A stretch of DNA of 60,505 nt, filler included. It is 6 parts of 6 records of this genome, joined end to end, with 100 filler letters (N's around TTAATTAATTAA, not from the genome) between each part and the next. Parts side by side here need not be neighbours in the genome. Positions count along the whole stretch, not along the records: positions 23,370 to 32,818 come from SRR22947727_659; positions 32,919 to 43,199 come from SRR22947727_664; 4 more parts are not named here. The stretch is one strand, 5' to 3'. How positions within the stretch are numbered: the first letter of the stretch is position 1; each line of letters opens with the position of its first letter. The position numbers and the translations under genes were made by a program. This document shows positions 31,831-39,718 of the stretch, piece after piece. The notes under the pieces were generated by a model that worked only from the letters and a program-made list of their open reading frames with translations, ran no database searches and was not told where the DNA came from.

Positions 31831-32776
31831 AAAATTTATCTGCGTTACTATTGGTGATATAGAAGGTATAGGCATACATTTACTTTTAAAAGAATTTAAG
31901 AAAGAGAAAATAAAAAATTTTATATTAATAACTAATATCAACATTTTTAATAAATATATAAAATTTTCAAAAAATAAAATTAATTTATTAGATGAATTAA
32001 ATTTTAGTAATTACGATAAAAAAAAACTTAATATATATAGCTTCAAAACGAAAAATAAAAATACTAATACATTAGATGCCTTAAAATATGCATATGATTT
32101 TACAAAGAAAAATTTTTTCATAGGCATATTAACACTTCCATTAAATAAATTTAAACTGAAAAAATCAGTAAATGATAGATTTATTGATCAAACAACTTTT
32201 TTTTCAAATAAAGAAAGTCAAAAATATAGTAATATGATTTTTTATTATAAGAATAAATTTTTTACCCCTCTTACTATTCATGTAGAGCTCAAAAAAGTGC
32301 ACAAATTATTTAAAAATAAAATTATGATGACAAAAAAAATTGAAAATCTGTATTCAACATTAATAAATGATTTTAAAATTAAAAAACCAAAAATAATTAT
32401 GACAGGCATTAACCCGCACGCTGGAGAAAATAATACTATATCAAAAGATGATGTCAGATACTTATCGCCAATCATCACCCAGTTAAAAAAAAAAGGTATA
32501 TTTATACGTGGACCTATTTCTGGAGATGCAATCATAAATACTGAAAACTTAAAAAAATATGATATGTTTATTTTTACTTACCATGATCAAGCCTTAATTC
32601 CATTTAAGATGTTATCGAATTATAAAGGAGTAAACTTTACATCCAATCTAAATATTATAAGAGTCTCTCCTAGTCATGGAACAGCTGAAAATTTAATCGG
32701 TTCAAATAAAGTTATATCGCAAGGTATTATTAATTGCTTTAATTTAATAAAAAAAATAGAAAGAAACAGAATTTAA
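31802..32776 (+). CDS. pdxA: 4-hydroxythreonine-4-phosphate dehydrogenase
   Basis: TIH, NPHAGE, GPISGD, YHDQALIPFK, RVSPSHGTA; surA-pdxA-rsmA order. Confidence 0.9.
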   Translation: MNISLSKLNKKFICVTIGDIEGIGIHLLLKEFKKEKIKNFILITNINIFNKYIKFSKNKINLLDELNFSNYDKKKLNIYSFKTKNKNTNTLDALKYAYDFTKKNFFIGILTLPLNKFKLKKSVNDRFIDQTTFFSNKESQKYSNMIFYYKNKFFTPLTIHVELKKVHKLFKNKIMMTKKIENLYSTLINDFKIKKPKIIMTGINPHAGENNTISKDDVRYLSPIITQLKKKGIFIRGPISGDAIINTENLKKYDMFIFTYHDQALIPFKMLSNYKGVNFTSNLNIIRVSPSHGTAENLIGSNKVISQGIINCFNLIKKIERNRI

Positions 32777-32777
32777 A

Positions 32778-32818
32778 TTGTTCATAGCTAAAAAATCTTT
32801 AGGTCAAAATTTTTTAAT
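32778..32818 (+). CDS. rsmA: 16S rRNA dimethyltransferase KsgA, N-terminal fragment
   Basis: TTG start, MFIAKKSLGQNFL, then contig break. Confidence 0.85.
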
Positions 32819-32918
32819 NNNNNNNNNNNNNNNNNNNNNNNNNNNNNNNNNNNNNNNNNNNNTTAATTAATTAANNNNNNNNNNNNNNNNNNNNNNNNNN
32901 NNNNNNNNNNNNNNNNNN
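32819..32918. other. Artificial contig spacer
   Basis: N44-TTAATTAATTAA-N44. Confidence 0.98.
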
Positions 32919-32919
32919 A

Positions 32920-33102
32920 ATATTTTTTGCTTGGAGCTTAATTCAAACATTAGCTGATGATGGATTTACAGTGTTTGCGGTCTCAATTTCACAAACCCTT
33001 ATGTGGATTGGAATTTCTATTGTGGCAGGAGTAGTTGCAGCAATACTCCCAGCAATAAGAGCTTCTAGACAAAATATATTAGAAGCAATCTCTTATGAAT
33101 AA
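32920..33102 (+). CDS. FtsX/MacB-like ABC permease, C-terminal fragment
   Basis: Manual translation ...AGVVAAILPAIRASRQNILEAISYE*. Confidence 0.8.
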   Translation: MFFAWSLIQTLADDGFTVFAVSISQTLMWIGISIVAGVVAAILPAIRASRQNILEAISYE

Positions 33103-33134
33103 CAAATAAAACATAAGCATATAGAATTAATACC

Positions 33135-34433
33135 ATGCATGAAAAAAATACTGTCGAAATTTTAAGTGAACTTGTTGCAATTGAATCAATAAGTTCTGAT
33201 CAAAATCATCAAGAAGATGTGATGAAATCTGCTCAATATGTAGAGAAGTTATTTTTAGAGTTAGGACTAGAAACCAAAATAGCTACATCTGGAAACAGTA
33301 GACCAGCTGTATTAGCTCAAACAGCAATAGACCCAAAGAAAAAAACAGTTTTATTGTATGCCCACCATGACGTACAACCTGTCGGTGATATTGACAAATG
33401 GAAGACAGAACCATTTACCCCAGAAATTATTGATGGAAGACTATATGGCAGAGGTTCTGGAGATAATAAAGCTGGTGTGGTAACGCATTATGAAGTATTA
33501 AAAGCTTTAAAAGATAATCTTCCAGTAAATATAAAGGTATTTATTGAAGGAGAAGAGGAAATAGGATCTCCATGTATGGCTGAGTTTTTAGATGAGTACC
33601 AAGATGATTTAGAAGCAGATGTAATCATCATTGCAGATTCAGGAAACATTAAAATAGGCACACCAACAGTGACTACCTCTCTAAGGGGACTGGTAGACGG
33701 AGTTATTGTCGTTGAACAACCAATGAGAGCAGTTCACTCTGGCCTTGGTGGAGGTGTTGTCCCGGATGCATTTATGGTACTTAGTAAAATAATTGCTTCA
33801 TTTCACAATGAAAAAGGCGAGCTGCAAATTGAAGGGTTAACCCCAAGCGATATGGAAGTATTAGAACTTGAAGAAAAAGACATAAAGGAAATCTTTGGCT
33901 CCAAGGATATTAATTTATTCGAACTAGATAGTATCTCCAAGAGATTGTGGCTTGAGCCAGCTTTAAGCATCTTAGCTATTGATGCGCCTTCAACCGATGA
34001 AGCTGTTAATTTACTTATTCCAAATGCTAAAGCTAAGGTAAGTTTGCGATTACCACCTACTGAAAATCCTGAACACGCAATGAAAATGCTTGAAGAACAT
34101 ATTATGAAAAATATTCCATGGGGTGCAAAGGTTAGTTTTGAACCTGAAGCAATGGGTTCAGGCATTATTGCAGACCCTAATAAAGAATTTACTAAAATAT
34201 TAGTTAAAAACTTTGAAGAGGTTTGGGAGAACAATGCAGCATATATGGGTGTAGGCGGATCAATACCTTTTGCTAATGACTTTGTAGAAAAGTTCCCTAA
34301 TGCAGAGTTGGTGCTTATTGGAGCTGGAGATGAAGAAATGGGTAACGCCCATGCTCCGAATGAAAGTGTTCAAATTGAAGATATTGAAAATCTTATCAAA
34401 AGTTTAATAAAGACTTTAAAAGATTTTTCTTAA
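33135..34433 (+). CDS. M20/M25/M40 metallo-dipeptidase
   Basis: YAHHDVQP, GRGSGDNKAG, EGEEEIGS, TTSLRG, GGSIPF, AHAPNE. Confidence 0.92.
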   Translation: MHEKNTVEILSELVAIESISSDQNHQEDVMKSAQYVEKLFLELGLETKIATSGNSRPAVLAQTAIDPKKKTVLLYAHHDVQPVGDIDKWKTEPFTPEIIDGRLYGRGSGDNKAGVVTHYEVLKALKDNLPVNIKVFIEGEEEIGSPCMAEFLDEYQDDLEADVIIIADSGNIKIGTPTVTTSLRGLVDGVIVVEQPMRAVHSGLGGGVVPDAFMVLSKIIASFHNEKGELQIEGLTPSDMEVLELEEKDIKEIFGSKDINLFELDSISKRLWLEPALSILAIDAPSTDEAVNLLIPNAKAKVSLRLPPTENPEHAMKMLEEHIMKNIPWGAKVSFEPEAMGSGIIADPNKEFTKILVKNFEEVWENNAAYMGVGGSIPFANDFVEKFPNAELVLIGAGDEEMGNAHAPNESVQIEDIENLIKSLIKTLKDFS

Positions 34434-34732
34434 CTCCTTAAAGCTTCCCTCATTAATGGGATTGCTTCCATGGCCTTCATACCTTTATCTGTAATTTTAT
34501 ATTCAACATGAGGAGGAATGGATTTAAAATCTTTTCTTGTTACAAGTTTATTTTCAGTAAGTTGTTTTAAAGTTTCTATTAGCATTTTCTCTGAAATTTC
34601 GGGGATTTCTCTCTTGATAGCACTAAATCTCTTAGATTCTTCTAACTTTGACAATACAAGTAGTGGCCATTTCCCACCTAATACTTTCAAAACAGCCCTT
34701 ATTGGACAATCAGTTTTATACTCAATTCCCAT
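34430..34732 (-). CDS. HxlR/DUF24 winged-helix transcriptional regulator
   Basis: DCPI...LGGKW, KRFSAIKREIPEISEKML, PPHVEYKIT; N-terminal Cys; ATG 34732 preferred over GTG 34747. Confidence 0.92.
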   Translation of the reverse strand: MGIEYKTDCPIRAVLKVLGGKWPLLVLSKLEESKRFSAIKREIPEISEKMLIETLKQLTENKLVTRKDFKSIPPHVEYKITDKGMKAMEAIPLMREALRS

Positions 34733-34777
34733 ATTCCAATTATACACGAACCTAAAGGTATGTGTACTATAAATTAT

Positions 34778-34795
34778 ATACTATAAAAAAAGTAT
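34778..34795. promoter_or_regulatory. Candidate HxlR-family operator
   Basis: Inverted repeat ATACT-N8-AGTAT in the divergent intergenic region. Confidence 0.4.
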
Positions 34796-34846
34796 GTACT
34801 ATATTTATAATGGGTGTATGGTTAGTAACTAATATATAAGGAGAAA

Positions 34847-35062
34847 ATGAAAAATTGGAATTCAATTTTAAGATGGGTCCACTTGTTTTTCGGTGGAGCT
34901 ATAAATGGCTACTTTTTTTACACAGTAGTTCTTGGGAACACAGCAACTGAAATGATGGTAAGCCTTGTAATGCTTTCAGGTGGTCTAGCATTCTGGACTG
35001 GATTAGCAAAATGGCAACTACCAAGAATAAGGAAATGGAGAAAGAAGGTAAACAGTGCCTAA
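34847..35062 (+). CDS. Small two-TM membrane protein
   Basis: 71 aa, AAGGAG RBS, LRWVHL and TGLAKWQ, divergent from HxlR. Confidence 0.75.
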   Translation: MKNWNSILRWVHLFFGGAINGYFFYTVVLGNTATEMMVSLVMLSGGLAFWTGLAKWQLPRIRKWRKKVNSA

Positions 35063-35165
35063 AGAATGTGGATGTGGAAGAAGTACCACCGGATTCTGTC
35101 AAGGCCTTCACTCCCTAAGTGAAGAGCAGTGGGAAGAAAAGAAGAAATCTGCTTCTAAAGAATAA
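35055..35165 (+). CDS. 36-aa Cys/His mini-protein, CDGSH-like
   Basis: GTG start after GAAGG, overlapping upstream stop; MPKECGCGRSTTGFCQGLHSLSEEQWEEKKKSASKE. Confidence 0.65.
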   Translation: MPKECGCGRSTTGFCQGLHSLSEEQWEEKKKSASKE

Positions 35166-35174
35166 AATACAACA

Positions 35175-35211
35175 AAAGGAATGTTCTAGTATTTTACTAG
35201 AATATTCCTTT
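35175..35211. repeat. 17-bp inverted repeat (terminator, RNA hairpin or operator)
   Basis: AAAGGAATGTTCTAGTA-TTT-TACTAGAATATTCCTTT, one mismatch (G-U pair in plus-strand RNA). Confidence 0.7.
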
Positions 35212-35228
35212 AGGTACACGGAGAGAAA

Positions 35229-36263
35229 ATGGAAATCGGAATAGATTCATTCGCCAAGAAAACTCAGACGAATGAAGGAGGTAATGTCGTAGATGATGCA
35301 CATGCAATGTCCGAGCTCATAGAGAGAATAGAACATGCAGATAAAGTAGGTTTAGATGTTTTTGGGATAGGAGAACACCATCGAGAAGAGTTTTTAGATT
35401 CTGCGGCACATAATATTCTTTCAGCAGCAGCAGCTAAAACTGAAAATATAAGACTTACAAGTGCAGTAGCTGTTATTAGTGCAATGGATCCAGTTCGACT
35501 ATTTCAAAACTATGCCACGCTTGATTTAATCTCAAATGGAAGAGCTGAAATCGTAGCTGGTAGAGGTTCTTTCACAGAAGCATTTCCACTTTTTGGCCTT
35601 GATTTTGCTGATTATGACAACCTATATGCTGAAAAGTTAAATTTATTATTAAAGATTAGAGATGAAGAACAAGTTACATGGTCAGGTAATTTCCGGCCAC
35701 CATTAGAGAATCAAACAATATACCCAAGACCATTACAGGAAAGGTTACCTATATGGGTTGGAGTAGGAGGAACACCTGCCTCTTTTGTAAGAGCTGGTGA
35801 GTTAGGGTTACCTCTCATGATTGCGGTCATTGGAGGAGAGACACATAGGTTTAGACCTTTGGTCGATCTTTATTATGAGGCTGCAGAAAAAGCCGGGCAC
35901 AAAAAGTCATCTTTAAAAGTTGGATTACATTCTTTAGGTTTTGTAGCTCACTCAAAAGGAGAAGCAATTGAAAAATACTACCCAGGTTATCGTGTTTGGT
36001 TTAATCAGATCGGTAAAGAGCGTGGTTGGCCACCTGTAACCATGGAGAGATTTGAGCAGCAAATAGATGATTTAGGAGCTTATGTTATTGGTAGCCCTCA
36101 GGAAGTAGCAGAAAAACTAGTTCGACACAGTGAAGCATTGGGCGGAATCTCACGCTTTACTTTTCAAATTGATAATGCTGGATTAACGCATGAAGATTTA
36201 ATGGAGACATACTCTCTTATTGGTGAAAAAGTCAAGCCATTGGTAAAGTCAATAATTAACTAA
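35229..36263 (+). CDS. LLM-class (luciferase-like) flavin-dependent oxidoreductase
   Basis: MEIGIDSFA, GLDVFGIGEHH, RLTSAV, DPVR, SNGRAEIVAGRGSF, GVGGTPAS. Confidence 0.93.
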   Translation: MEIGIDSFAKKTQTNEGGNVVDDAHAMSELIERIEHADKVGLDVFGIGEHHREEFLDSAAHNILSAAAAKTENIRLTSAVAVISAMDPVRLFQNYATLDLISNGRAEIVAGRGSFTEAFPLFGLDFADYDNLYAEKLNLLLKIRDEEQVTWSGNFRPPLENQTIYPRPLQERLPIWVGVGGTPASFVRAGELGLPLMIAVIGGETHRFRPLVDLYYEAAEKAGHKKSSLKVGLHSLGFVAHSKGEAIEKYYPGYRVWFNQIGKERGWPPVTMERFEQQIDDLGAYVIGSPQEVAEKLVRHSEALGGISRFTFQIDNAGLTHEDLMETYSLIGEKVKPLVKSIIN

Positions 36264-36378
36264 ATTTTTAAAATATCTAATAAATCTGTTTAACAATTAT
36301 TTAACATATTTCTCTGCAAGCAATATAAATTTTTTGTAATCTACTCTTAATAAATAAAAATTAGAGATAGGAAAATTT

Positions 36379-37011
36379 ATGGACACTTTTATGGACGAAA
36401 TAAAAAATATTAAAATGCTCACAAGAGTCGTAGCTGTTGCAGTGTTGATTAACTTTGTAATAATCGCCCTATTAGTGGGACCTGATGCTGTTGGATTTGA
36501 TCCAACTTATGGGCCAATTACTGGGATATTAAACTTTGTAATAGCATTCTGTACATCAGGTGTTCTTATGGGAATATATGTTGTATTTGACGTAAAAAAG
36601 ACTTTTGACCTAGCTCATATGCACAATGTATTATTTGTAGCTGTTTGTGCTCAAATGCTTTTTGCGTTAGGTGCTGTCTTCAATTACAACAGTGTATTCG
36701 AAACAGTTTTAGATACTGATACCATTTGGGCAGTTTCAGGATCATTTAATAACACTGTATTTATCCTCTACGGTCTTTACGCATATCTGTTAGTTACACG
36801 TGATCACAATAACTTACTAAGCAAGAGAACTCAGAATGTTGGTAAAATTTTTGCTGGAATAATAGTTCCAGTACAAATTCTCACTTTATTTGGACTAGTT
36901 CCTCAAGTGGTATTTGCACCTTTATTTGTTTTAGGAGGAGTTATCCTTTACCCACTCTTCATGATTGGAATAGGAGATGCGATAGGTAACTACCAGAAAA
37001 CAGAAGGATAA
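36379..37011 (+). CDS. Hypothetical multi-pass membrane protein
   Basis: 210-aa ORF with about six hydrophobic segments; no family recognised. Confidence 0.75.
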   Translation: MDTFMDEIKNIKMLTRVVAVAVLINFVIIALLVGPDAVGFDPTYGPITGILNFVIAFCTSGVLMGIYVVFDVKKTFDLAHMHNVLFVAVCAQMLFALGAVFNYNSVFETVLDTDTIWAVSGSFNNTVFILYGLYAYLLVTRDHNNLLSKRTQNVGKIFAGIIVPVQILTLFGLVPQVVFAPLFVLGGVILYPLFMIGIGDAIGNYQKTEG

Positions 37012-37036
37012 TTCACCTACACAAGAAAGGTAAAAT

Positions 37037-37672
37037 ATGTATTTTAGAATAACCATCCCAGCTTTACAGGATGGAAAAAAAGATGAGGCTGTATCATTTG
37101 TTAAAGAAAATGTTATGACATCTTTTGATGACACGCCAGGGCTACTTTCAATGACTGCTGCTATAACTGGGGAAACCTCATTTATTAATATGGCTGCCTG
37201 GGAAAGTAAAGAGGCTGTAGAAGCAGTAGCTGAAAAAATTCAAGCAACTTTGGCAGATGCAGCATCTTTCATGGCCGCACCACCGGTAATTTATGAAGGT
37301 GATGCAGTGTTTGGAAATGTCTACAAAAGCATAGGCGTAGGTGAAGAAAAACCAAGTTACTTAAGATTAGTTGTGGGTGTCGCTAAAGATACCGATGCAG
37401 TCTTAAACTTTTTAAAAGAAAAGGTAGAACCTATTTATGAAGATTCAGATGGTCTTCAAATAACAGGAGCAGTCTTTGATGGTAATAGTGCTATTAGTTG
37501 GAACTTTTGGGACTCAAAAGAAGCTATGGATGCCGCAGTAGAGAAACTACAAGCAGCACTAGATAGTGAAGCAGAATCTGATTTATTTGATGGTGAGACG
37601 TTAGCATATATGGGACCCGTGTTTGCAGCTAGTCTATTTAGAGATTTTAACGAAGGAGACTCCCCACTATAG
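37037..37672 (+). CDS. Tandem ABM-like (dimeric alpha/beta barrel) protein
   Basis: Two similar halves: YFRI..PGL..WESKEAVEA and YLRL..DGL..WDSKEAMDA. Confidence 0.7.
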   Translation: MYFRITIPALQDGKKDEAVSFVKENVMTSFDDTPGLLSMTAAITGETSFINMAAWESKEAVEAVAEKIQATLADAASFMAAPPVIYEGDAVFGNVYKSIGVGEEKPSYLRLVVGVAKDTDAVLNFLKEKVEPIYEDSDGLQITGAVFDGNSAISWNFWDSKEAMDAAVEKLQAALDSEAESDLFDGETLAYMGPVFAASLFRDFNEGDSPL

Positions 37673-37674
37673 AA

Positions 37675-38031
37675 ATGGATGACTACATAATAAAAAGGTT
37701 TGACAACCCTGATGAAGTCAGAGAATTCGATAAAGGAAAATACGAAGTCATTAACTTACCCGGCATGACGATAGGTAAAGCTACTTATTACAAAGGGTGG
37801 AAATGGTCTGTGGACGTCTCTCCACTCTCAGGCACAGAATTTTGTGAGACGGAACATTTAGGAATGGTGATTTCAGGCACTGCAACAGTTGCAATTGAAG
37901 GTGAACCCGTGAGGGAAATTACAGCAGGAGATCTTTTTTATGTTTCACAAAAACGACATGATAGTTGGGTTGTTGGAGATGAAGATTATGTATCAATCCA
38001 TTTTGCCGGTGCCGAAAAGTATGCCGATTAG
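37675..38031 (+). CDS. Cupin domain protein
   Basis: PDEVREF, GWKWS, C...HLGMVISG, AGDLF...HDSWVVG. Confidence 0.85.
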   Translation: MDDYIIKRFDNPDEVREFDKGKYEVINLPGMTIGKATYYKGWKWSVDVSPLSGTEFCETEHLGMVISGTATVAIEGEPVREITAGDLFYVSQKRHDSWVVGDEDYVSIHFAGAEKYAD

Positions 38032-38062
38032 TAAAATATAAAACTCAATAGAATACGCTTAT

Positions 38063-39136
38063 ATGCCTAGCCAAAGAAGATATGATATTGATGCATTGAG
38101 ATCTATTGCAATGTTCTTACTTATTTTTTATCACCTTGGAATTTCTTTTACTTCTATTGCTCCATATATCGCATTTGTTCAAAACAAACGAGTCACAGAT
38201 AGTTTATGGATTATTCTCAGCTTTCTGAACACCTGGAGAATTCCCCTTGTTTTTTTGATAGCTGGAATTGCCCTCCGTTTATCTTTTCAAAAAAGAGGTA
38301 AATCTCAAATCTTAAAAGAAAGATTAAAAATGTTGGGACTTCCTTATATTTTTGGATCGCTTACCTTTGGAGCTGCCTCTGTCGCAATAGCTACAACTTA
38401 TTATGAGGGGTGGTCGGATGAATATCTTTGGATAGGCATGTATACAATTTTTGATGGCATTCATCTATGGTTTTTAAAAAATATTCTTTTTTACTGCTTG
38501 GTGCTTATTCCTTTACTGAATCTAATTTCAAATAAAGATTCAAAAGTAAATATTATTTCAAAGCTTTTAGACAAACCTGCTGGAGTATTTGTGTTTTCTA
38601 TCCCAGTAATTCTAGAGGGACATTTGTTCATGAATATAGACTATGCTTCATACGCAAATACCAGTCATGGTTTTGTCTTAGGATTTATATGGTTTTTTAT
38701 GGGTATTGTCCTTGTTTCTCAGGGTGATAGTTTCTGGAATTCAAATAAAAGAAATTGGAAAATACATCTATTTTTAGGATTTAGTTTGTATTTTTATAGA
38801 TTAATAAATAGTTTTGAAAGTGGCCTAGCTCTTGATAATCGCTTAATTGCATTTGAGTCATTTAATTTTATACTCGCAATGCTCGGATTGGGCGCGACCT
38901 ATTTAAATACAAATTCACCTCAGCTCACCTACTACAAGACAGCTGTTTATCCGGTTTACATCGTACACCTACCCGTCCAGATGGCATTAATGTCTTACTT
39001 TGCAGGCGTAAATATCCATCCAATTATTAAATTCCCTCTAGTTCTATTCTTAATAGTTTTTTTAAGTTTGACGATTTACCATGCCATTAAAAATATAAAA
39101 TTTCTGAGACCACTTTTTGGACTTAGAAATAAATAG
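38063..39136 (+). CDS. Acyltransferase-3 family (OpgC/MdoC-like) membrane protein
   Basis: RRYDIDALR..YH, WRIPLVFLIAG, ERLK.L..P, HLWFL, YPVYIVHLP. Confidence 0.88.
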   Translation: MPSQRRYDIDALRSIAMFLLIFYHLGISFTSIAPYIAFVQNKRVTDSLWIILSFLNTWRIPLVFLIAGIALRLSFQKRGKSQILKERLKMLGLPYIFGSLTFGAASVAIATTYYEGWSDEYLWIGMYTIFDGIHLWFLKNILFYCLVLIPLLNLISNKDSKVNIISKLLDKPAGVFVFSIPVILEGHLFMNIDYASYANTSHGFVLGFIWFFMGIVLVSQGDSFWNSNKRNWKIHLFLGFSLYFYRLINSFESGLALDNRLIAFESFNFILAMLGLGATYLNTNSPQLTYYKTAVYPVYIVHLPVQMALMSYFAGVNIHPIIKFPLVLFLIVFLSLTIYHAIKNIKFLRPLFGLRNK

Positions 39137-39146
39137 AGAGCTATTT

Positions 39147-39272
39147 ATGAATAACAGAATCTTGATGAGGATAATCATAACTACAATATTCATTATTTAC
39201 TTATTTGTATCCGATGGTTATCTGGCAAGAAGACTGGTTCAGCTACCTGAGCTACTATTAAATAATTTTTAA
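39147..39272 (+). CDS. Possible 41-aa single-TM protein
   Basis: Manual translation MNNRILMRIIITTIFIIYLFVSDGYLARRLVQLPELLLNNF; AGAGAG upstream; fills the intergenic gap. Confidence 0.4.
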   Translation: MNNRILMRIIITTIFIIYLFVSDGYLARRLVQLPELLLNNF

Positions 39273-39286
39273 CCTATGGTTGTCTT

Positions 39287-39661
39287 ATGAAATTAACTGA
39301 TTTTTCAACTGTTCAGTACATTAACCTAATTACCTACAGGCGAGACAACACTCCAGTATCGACAGCTGTTTGGGTTGTTGGGATCGAGGATGCCTTATAT
39401 GTGACAACAGGTAAGGTCTCCGGAAAAGTTAAGCGAATTAGAAATAATGGGAAAGCAACGATTCACGAAACTAATCAGTCAGGCTCACAAAAACTTTCAG
39501 AGGACTTAGACCTCTATGCAACAATTGTTGAAGACCAAGTAGAGAAGCAGAATGGTATAAAAGCAATAACTAAGAAATATGGTCTTATGGCAAAGATGAT
39601 GATGCGAGGACCTGATGAAGGTAGAGCTATCATCAAGCTAACCAACTCTAAACAACACTAA
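39287..39661 (+). CDS. PPOX-class probable F420-dependent oxidoreductase
   Basis: YINLITYRRDNTPVSTAVW, GKVKRIRNN, KKYG; split-barrel family typical of Actinobacteria. Confidence 0.88.
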   Translation: MKLTDFSTVQYINLITYRRDNTPVSTAVWVVGIEDALYVTTGKVSGKVKRIRNNGKATIHETNQSGSQKLSEDLDLYATIVEDQVEKQNGIKAITKKYGLMAKMMMRGPDEGRAIIKLTNSKQH

Positions 39662-39663
39662 TT

Positions 39664-39716
39664 TCACAAGAATAATTTATTTGTGAAAAAAAAATCACAA
39701 ACTTTATTTATTGTGA
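39664..39716. repeat. Two tandem TCACAA...TTGTGA inverted repeats between convergent genes
   Basis: TCACAA-N11-TTGTGA-A8-TCACAA-N10-TTGTGA. Confidence 0.55.
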
Positions 39717-39718
39717 AG

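Noticed and set aside
36379-37011. Rhodopsin or heliorhodopsin
   Set aside because: About six TMs and no retinal-binding Lys motif in the last helix
39681-39700. Rex or CRP operator
   Set aside because: Half-sites are 8 bp apart rather than 6 and the site lies between convergent 3' ends
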